Positions 60,064 to 64,000 of a stretch of DNA of 64,000 nucleotides are shown in pieces. The notes beneath the pieces were generated by a model. The model worked only from the letters and a program-made list of their open reading frames with translations. It was not told the DNA's origin and did no database searches. The position numbers were made by a program, and so were the translations under genes. Origin of the DNA: an uncultured Flavobacteriales bacterium (GTDB taxonomy: Bacteria; Bacteroidota; Bacteroidia; AKYH767-A; 2013-40CM-41-45); NCBI GenBank assembly GCA_964595205.1, contig CAZQOQ010000004.1, forward strand, positions 15,277 through 79,276, given 5' to 3'. Numbering within the stretch: position 1 is the stretch's first letter; every line of letters begins with the position of its first letter.

Positions 60064-60200
60064 TTTGATTGGTTGAGATTAAAATGCGACCCGGGGTCGG
60101 ATTGTGTGGGGTGAATTATTTTTTCTACAAATGTTAGATCCCTCCGGGTTCAACGATTACCTGTTTGTCCATTGATTTTTTATAGATAAACGATGTTTTT
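60064..60200 (+). repeat. Copies B (60064-60122) and C (partial, 60131-60200) of the same hairpin element, upstream of the beta-helix protein gene.
   Basis: Read directly: gcgacccggggtcggattgtgtggggtg, and aatgttagatccctccgggttcaacgattacc ... tagataaacgatg. Confidence 0.55.
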
Positions 60201-60530
60201 AAAGGAAAAAACAAAATAAATACTGCATTTTATTTTATCATTTGCGATTTATTAATATAAAACATACATTTAAACTCACTCATTTTGAACATGAATTATT
60301 TTTCTTTTTTAATGATTGTTTTTTTATTTAATGGACTACTTAAAAGTCGTATTCTAGTAGTTTACTTTTGTTCTATATATGATTTGATAATGCAATTTAT
60401 AAAATTCTTCAGAAGCAAAAGGGTAAAATCATTTTTTCTGAATAATCCCGGTAGTTATTTGATGATAAATTTTCAGAACATTCCGATTAAGATAAACTTT
60501 ATACATATTCAATTTATAAACTTAAACAAC

Positions 60531-61589
60531 ATGAAAACAAAACTATTTTTAATCGCATTTGTTATTTCCATTTTGAATGCAACAGCTACCGTTCGAACAA
60601 TTAGTAATCATGTGCTCGGCGGAGCTCAATACTCAAATATGCAATCAGCAATTAATGCTGCCACTAATTTTGATTCTCTGATTGTAGAGGGAAGCCAGAC
60701 GATTTACGACATGGATTTTTTTAATAAACCATTGGTAGTTATCGGTCAGGGCCTCAATACACAAAAACAGAATTTTAAACAGACTAAATTCGGAAAGGGC
60801 TCTTCCGGTGCTGGAAGTTCCGGTTCATATACGATGAACAGTGGTAGCACGGGCAGTAAATTCTACGGGATAAATTTTTTCGTCGATGCTTCAGTTAGTT
60901 CAAATACTTTATTTGCATTGGGAATCAATGCATCTAATCTGTTGTTTGAGAATTGCATGTTTGACAGAATCGTATATGTTGCAGGCAATAACATTACATT
61001 TAAGAATTGTATTTTTATTCAAGCCGGAGAATTGCGATTGACGGGAGCAATTTCCAACATCCAATTCCTGAATTGTGTCTTCAATGGTCAGATCTATGGT
61101 GGGTATTCTGGCGAAACACAGATCGTAACAATCGATCACTCTTTGTTCTTGTCGACTGGTCCCTGCTTCGTCGATTGCCTGGGTTTTGACATACGCAACA
61201 ATATTTTCATGAATAGCACTGTCGTTTCGGGCATCACATCAGGAACTTTTCAAAATAACATGTGCAGGAATTCATTCACATTTCCTCCTGTTATAAATAC
61301 TAACAATGGTGGAAACCTTACCGGCGCTGATCCTCTTTTTGTGAATTACACCTTTGGTACTTTGTACAGCACCAGCCAGGATTATCATCTTCAAGCCGGA
61401 TCACCTGCTATTGGTGCAGCTAGCGATGCTACAGAAATTGGTGTACATGGCGGACTCACGAAATTCAGCGAAACAATGGAGCCACTAATTCTTCCCGTGG
61501 TGCGTTCGATGAATGTCAACAATTTTACGATTGCCCCAAATGGTACGATCAACATCCAGATTAATGCAAGTAAACCAACAGGGAATTAA
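60531..61589 (+). CDS. Secreted right-handed parallel beta-helix repeat protein (pectate-lyase-like fold), hypothetical.
   Basis: The start was chosen at the internal Met (60531) preceding the signal peptide MKTKLFLIAFVISILNA. The repeated N..F.NC.F motifs, NNITFKNCIFIQ, NIQFLNCVFNG and DIRNNIFMNS, are typical of a beta-helix. Confidence 0.55.
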   Translation: MKTKLFLIAFVISILNATATVRTISNHVLGGAQYSNMQSAINAATNFDSLIVEGSQTIYDMDFFNKPLVVIGQGLNTQKQNFKQTKFGKGSSGAGSSGSYTMNSGSTGSKFYGINFFVDASVSSNTLFALGINASNLLFENCMFDRIVYVAGNNITFKNCIFIQAGELRLTGAISNIQFLNCVFNGQIYGGYSGETQIVTIDHSLFLSTGPCFVDCLGFDIRNNIFMNSTVVSGITSGTFQNNMCRNSFTFPPVINTNNGGNLTGADPLFVNYTFGTLYSTSQDYHLQAGSPAIGAASDATEIGVHGGLTKFSETMEPLILPVVRSMNVNNFTIAPNGTINIQINASKPTGN

Positions 61590-61611
61590 TTTCATGTAAA
61601 CCATAACGAAC

Positions 61612-64000
61612 ATGAAAAAGGTTACCAGCCTGATTATCCTGCTTTGGTTAGGAAATCCGATCCGGCTGCTATCTCAAAACGAGACGCAACAGATCACTGC
61701 CGTGCAATATTTCTATGACTCCGATCCCGGTCAAAATGTGACGGGAAACGGAGGCATTCTCCCACTAACACTTTCTTCTTCGATTAGCCAGACATTTAGC
61801 CTTTCGACTCCATCTTTAACAGATGGCCCTCATACTTTTTATATGAGGTTCAAAGATGAATACGGAAGATGGTCTATCGCTGAACGCCAGTTGTTTTATA
61901 TTCATACTCCGACAACGATTCAGAATATTTCTTCCATTCAATATTACTACGATTCCGATCCTGGGGTTGGAGTCGCAGGAAATGGTGCCATTATTCCAGT
62001 TGCGCCAGTTGCCTCCTTATCGCAAGGGCTCTCCTTCACCGTTCCGGGAAATCTGTCGGATGGCCTGCATCAGTTATACATCCGGACTATGAATGAAGAA
62101 GGTGTATGGTCGACAAGCGAACGGAAAAGTTTCTACATCGAGCATTCTGTGAGTTCCGAATCGATAACTGCAATACAATATTATTTTGATTCCGATCCTG
62201 GGGTTGGAGTCGCAGGAAATGGTGCCATTATTCCAGTTGCGCCTGTTGCCTCCTTATCACAAGGGCTCTCCTTCACCGTTCCGGGAAATCTGTCGGATGG
62301 CCTGCATCAGCTATACATCCGGACTATGAATGAAGAAGGTGTATGGTCGACAAGCGAACGGAGAAGTTTCTACATCGAGCATTCTGTGAGTTCAGAATCG
62401 ATAACCGCTGTGCAATATTATTTTGATTCGGATCCGGGCTGGGGAGTTCAGGGAAATGGAATTGTTATCGACTACAATGCTGAGAATCCTTTAGTGCGCG
62501 ATACCAACATCACCATACCTCCCGGCCTCGGGTGTAATCCGAACTTCTGTATCCGTTTTAGAGATAATCTTGGTAGATGGAGCATTGCTGAACACGACAC
62601 GTTTGAGAATCCTCTCATCACACCCTGGTCAGATTTTTCTGTGACCAGAACAGATAATCATTTTTATTTCAACAGCGAATTTGCAAACACAACTCAATTC
62701 AGCTGGAATTTTGACGATGGCAGTCCGCTGGAACCGGTTGTTGTAAATCCTATGCATACATACTCCATTCCGGATGAATACGATGTTTGTTTGTCGATCG
62801 CTAACAGTACTTGCGGAACACGAATGAAGTGCCACAACGCTTCCTTGCCTGGAGTTGCATCGATGATTCCCAATAGAAGCGCTCCAACAAACCTGCTAAT
62901 CGCAGAAATCTCAGGCGGTGGATATGGGCCAACAACAACTTTCCGTTTTGTCGGGAGCAGCATGCCTGTCATCATTCCTGATACCACTATAATCAGTTCC
63001 GCTGCCCAAGCCAGGATTCGCTGCAAACTCAATAACGTTCCCCCGGGTTATAGAGACCTGATCGTGACCATACCAGGAGAACCCGATGACACTTTGAAAG
63101 ATGCACTATACATTGTACCACCCGAAGATGTCATACATTGCGTCGGTGTACCACCAGTGGTAACTATCTCCGGGCCGCCGGTCATTCGCACCAACCGTAC
63201 AGGATATTATACAATTACATATACCAACCACACGGATGAAACGATGATTGGTGTGATTACCATTATTACTTTAAACGGATATGCTCATATAAGGACACGT
63301 CAGCCTAAATTTGATAGTACTGATTATTATATTAACATATTAATTGATGATCTCTTTGTTCCTGATACGAATGAAACTACGAATGAGCCGGATAGACAAT
63401 CCGGAACATTTGAAATACCAAGTCTTCCGCCAGGCGCGTCGTATAATTTCGGATTCGATTTTGGTAGCGGCGTTGGAGGATCTTCACCCATCCATGTCGA
63501 AACAGAACCTCCTTTATACGATCCAAGTGGAAATACACTGCCAGGCGGCGGTGGACCAAGCTGTGACAACCTTCCTCCGTGCCTGCAATGTGCGCTCGAC
63601 AACTTGCCGGATGTTCCTATAGCGCAGTGTTTCTCAAGCGGCTTTGACGTGGGATGCGATATTCTCGATCTATTGGATAAACCAACTGTGAAGGAATTTA
63701 AGAATATTGGAAAAGATATTATGGAAGTATTGGAAAATTGTGCGGGTGTTGAGGTAAACGGAAAAATTAAAAACCTCTTTAAGGTACTCGATGCTATAAC
63801 AGGAAAGGATGATGAAGATGGAAGCGAGGATACTGGTGGTTTACTTTCGCCAGAATGTGTCGATTGTATTGGAAATGCAACCGACGGCGGACCATTCTTC
63901 GCCAATTCGGGAGATCCTAACATTAAAGTCGGTTCAGGTACGAATGATGTAAACCATTTCGTGAACGGTGCAACACCATTCAACTACCAGGTGCATTTTG
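61612..64000 (+). CDS. Large secreted repeat protein. It has four tandem ~79-aa domains (QYYFDSDPG...W type) and a PKD domain, and it continues beyond the window end.
   Basis: The signal peptide is MKKVTSLIILLWLGNPIRLLSQ. The repeats are IQYYYDSDPGVGVAGNGAIIPVAPVASLSQGLSFTVPGNLSDGLHQLYIRTMNEEGVWSTSER. The PKD motif is FSWNFDDGSPLEPVVVNPMHTYSIPDEYDVCLSIAN. The ORF stays open to position 64000 and is absent from the ORF track because it runs off the edge. Confidence 0.7.
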   Translation, partial: MKKVTSLIILLWLGNPIRLLSQNETQQITAVQYFYDSDPGQNVTGNGGILPLTLSSSISQTFSLSTPSLTDGPHTFYMRFKDEYGRWSIAERQLFYIHTPTTIQNISSIQYYYDSDPGVGVAGNGAIIPVAPVASLSQGLSFTVPGNLSDGLHQLYIRTMNEEGVWSTSERKSFYIEHSVSSESITAIQYYFDSDPGVGVAGNGAIIPVAPVASLSQGLSFTVPGNLSDGLHQLYIRTMNEEGVWSTSERRSFYIEHSVSSESITAVQYYFDSDPGWGVQGNGIVIDYNAENPLVRDTNITIPPGLGCNPNFCIRFRDNLGRWSIAEHDTFENPLITPWSDFSVTRTDNHFYFNSEFANTTQFSWNFDDGSPLEPVVVNPMHTYSIPDEYDVCLSIANSTCGTRMKCHNASLPGVASMIPNRSAPTNLLIAEISGGGYGPTTTFRFVGSSMPVIIPDTTIISSAAQARIRCKLNNVPPGYRDLIVTIPGEPDDTLKDALYIVPPEDVIHCVGVPPVVTISGPPVIRTNRTGYYTITYTNHTDETMIGVITIITLNGYAHIRTRQPKFDSTDYYINILIDDLFVPDTNETTNEPDRQSGTFEIPSLPPGASYNFGFDFGSGVGGSSPIHVETEPPLYDPSGNTLPGGGGPSCDNLPPCLQCALDNLPDVPIAQCFSSGFDVGCDILDLLDKPTVKEFKNIGKDIMEVLENCAGVEVNGKIKNLFKVLDAITGKDDEDGSEDTGGLLSPECVDCIGNATDGGPFFANSGDPNIKVGSGTNDVNHFVNGATPFNYQVHF
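61951..62424 (+). repeat. Two tandem 237-bp copies at about 98% identity (61951-62187 and 62188-62424) inside the repeat-protein gene. Each copy encodes a 79-aa domain.
   Basis: Base-by-base comparison shows about 5 mismatches in 237 bp (gcgccagtt/gcgcctgtt, atcgcaa/atcacaa, cagttat/cagctat, cggaaaag/cggagaag, agttccg/agttcag). The flanking domain copies are only about 45% identical. Confidence 0.9.

Noticed and set aside
60285-60530. An N-terminal extension of the beta-helix protein ORF (MNMNYFSFLMIVF...).
   Set aside because: The extension is AT-rich and low-complexity and precedes an internal Met followed by a canonical signal peptide. The 60531 start was preferred.
63327-63983. A 218-aa minus-strand ORF near the window end.
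   Set aside because: It is antisense to the open plus-strand frame of the repeat/PKD protein, which has a signal peptide and domain structure. The minus-strand ORF has a Ser/Pro-rich low-complexity translation.

Overview
This is a 64-kb chromosomal segment that looks like Bacteroidota: about 40% GC, several type IX secretion (T9SS) C-terminal sorting domains, an SD-poor gene organisation and a four-helix-bundle (23S rRNA IVS-type) gene cassette. Roughly the first 40 kb is a long run of minus-strand housekeeping and transport genes, while the last 20 kb is mostly plus-strand and enriched in secreted or T9SS-sorted proteins. I found no rRNA, tRNA or CRISPR arrays.

Gene content of the first ~45 kb, in order: a TPR-containing sensor histidine kinase co-transcribed with two small paralogous unknown proteins, dsbD, a COG2984/COG4120/COG1101-type ABC transporter, a LemA-TPM-TPM operon, pabB-like and tilS, a GT39-like membrane glycosyltransferase, hemH, lpd, lnt, an SDR oxidoreductase, an APC amino-acid permease, purL, a TlpA-like redoxin, hppD, yidC, a 1620-aa T9SS surface protein, pyrG, a PAP2 phosphatase, a TonB-dependent receptor, an EVE-domain protein, holA, an AMP nucleosidase-like gene and a standalone HsdR_N nuclease-fold protein.

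Gene content of the last ~19 kb: an S8 peptidase with a T9SS domain, an M3 oligoendopeptidase, a hybrid histidine kinase, murB, gmhA and a cluster of three secreted proteins.

The most unusual content is structural rather than enzymatic:
- A four-helix-bundle (Avd/23S-IVS-protein family) gene sits inside a ~0.6-kb cassette bounded by ~85-bp imperfect inverted repeats built from tandem heptamers.
- Related heptamer/octamer tandem-repeat palindromes occur in at least five other intergenic sites, and several of them end exactly on a stop codon.
- A ~65-bp hairpin-containing element is repeated upstream of two adjacent secreted-protein genes.
- A giant surface protein carries a 98%-identical 237-bp tandem duplication.
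- An ABC permease carries an in-frame 21-bp tandem duplication.
- A 726-bp intergenic region is hairpin-rich and unexplained.
- A candidate signalling module pairs an orphan TPR histidine kinase with two paralogous Cys-containing small membrane-anchored proteins of unknown family.

Functional calls rest on motifs I read in the translations; no database search was possible.
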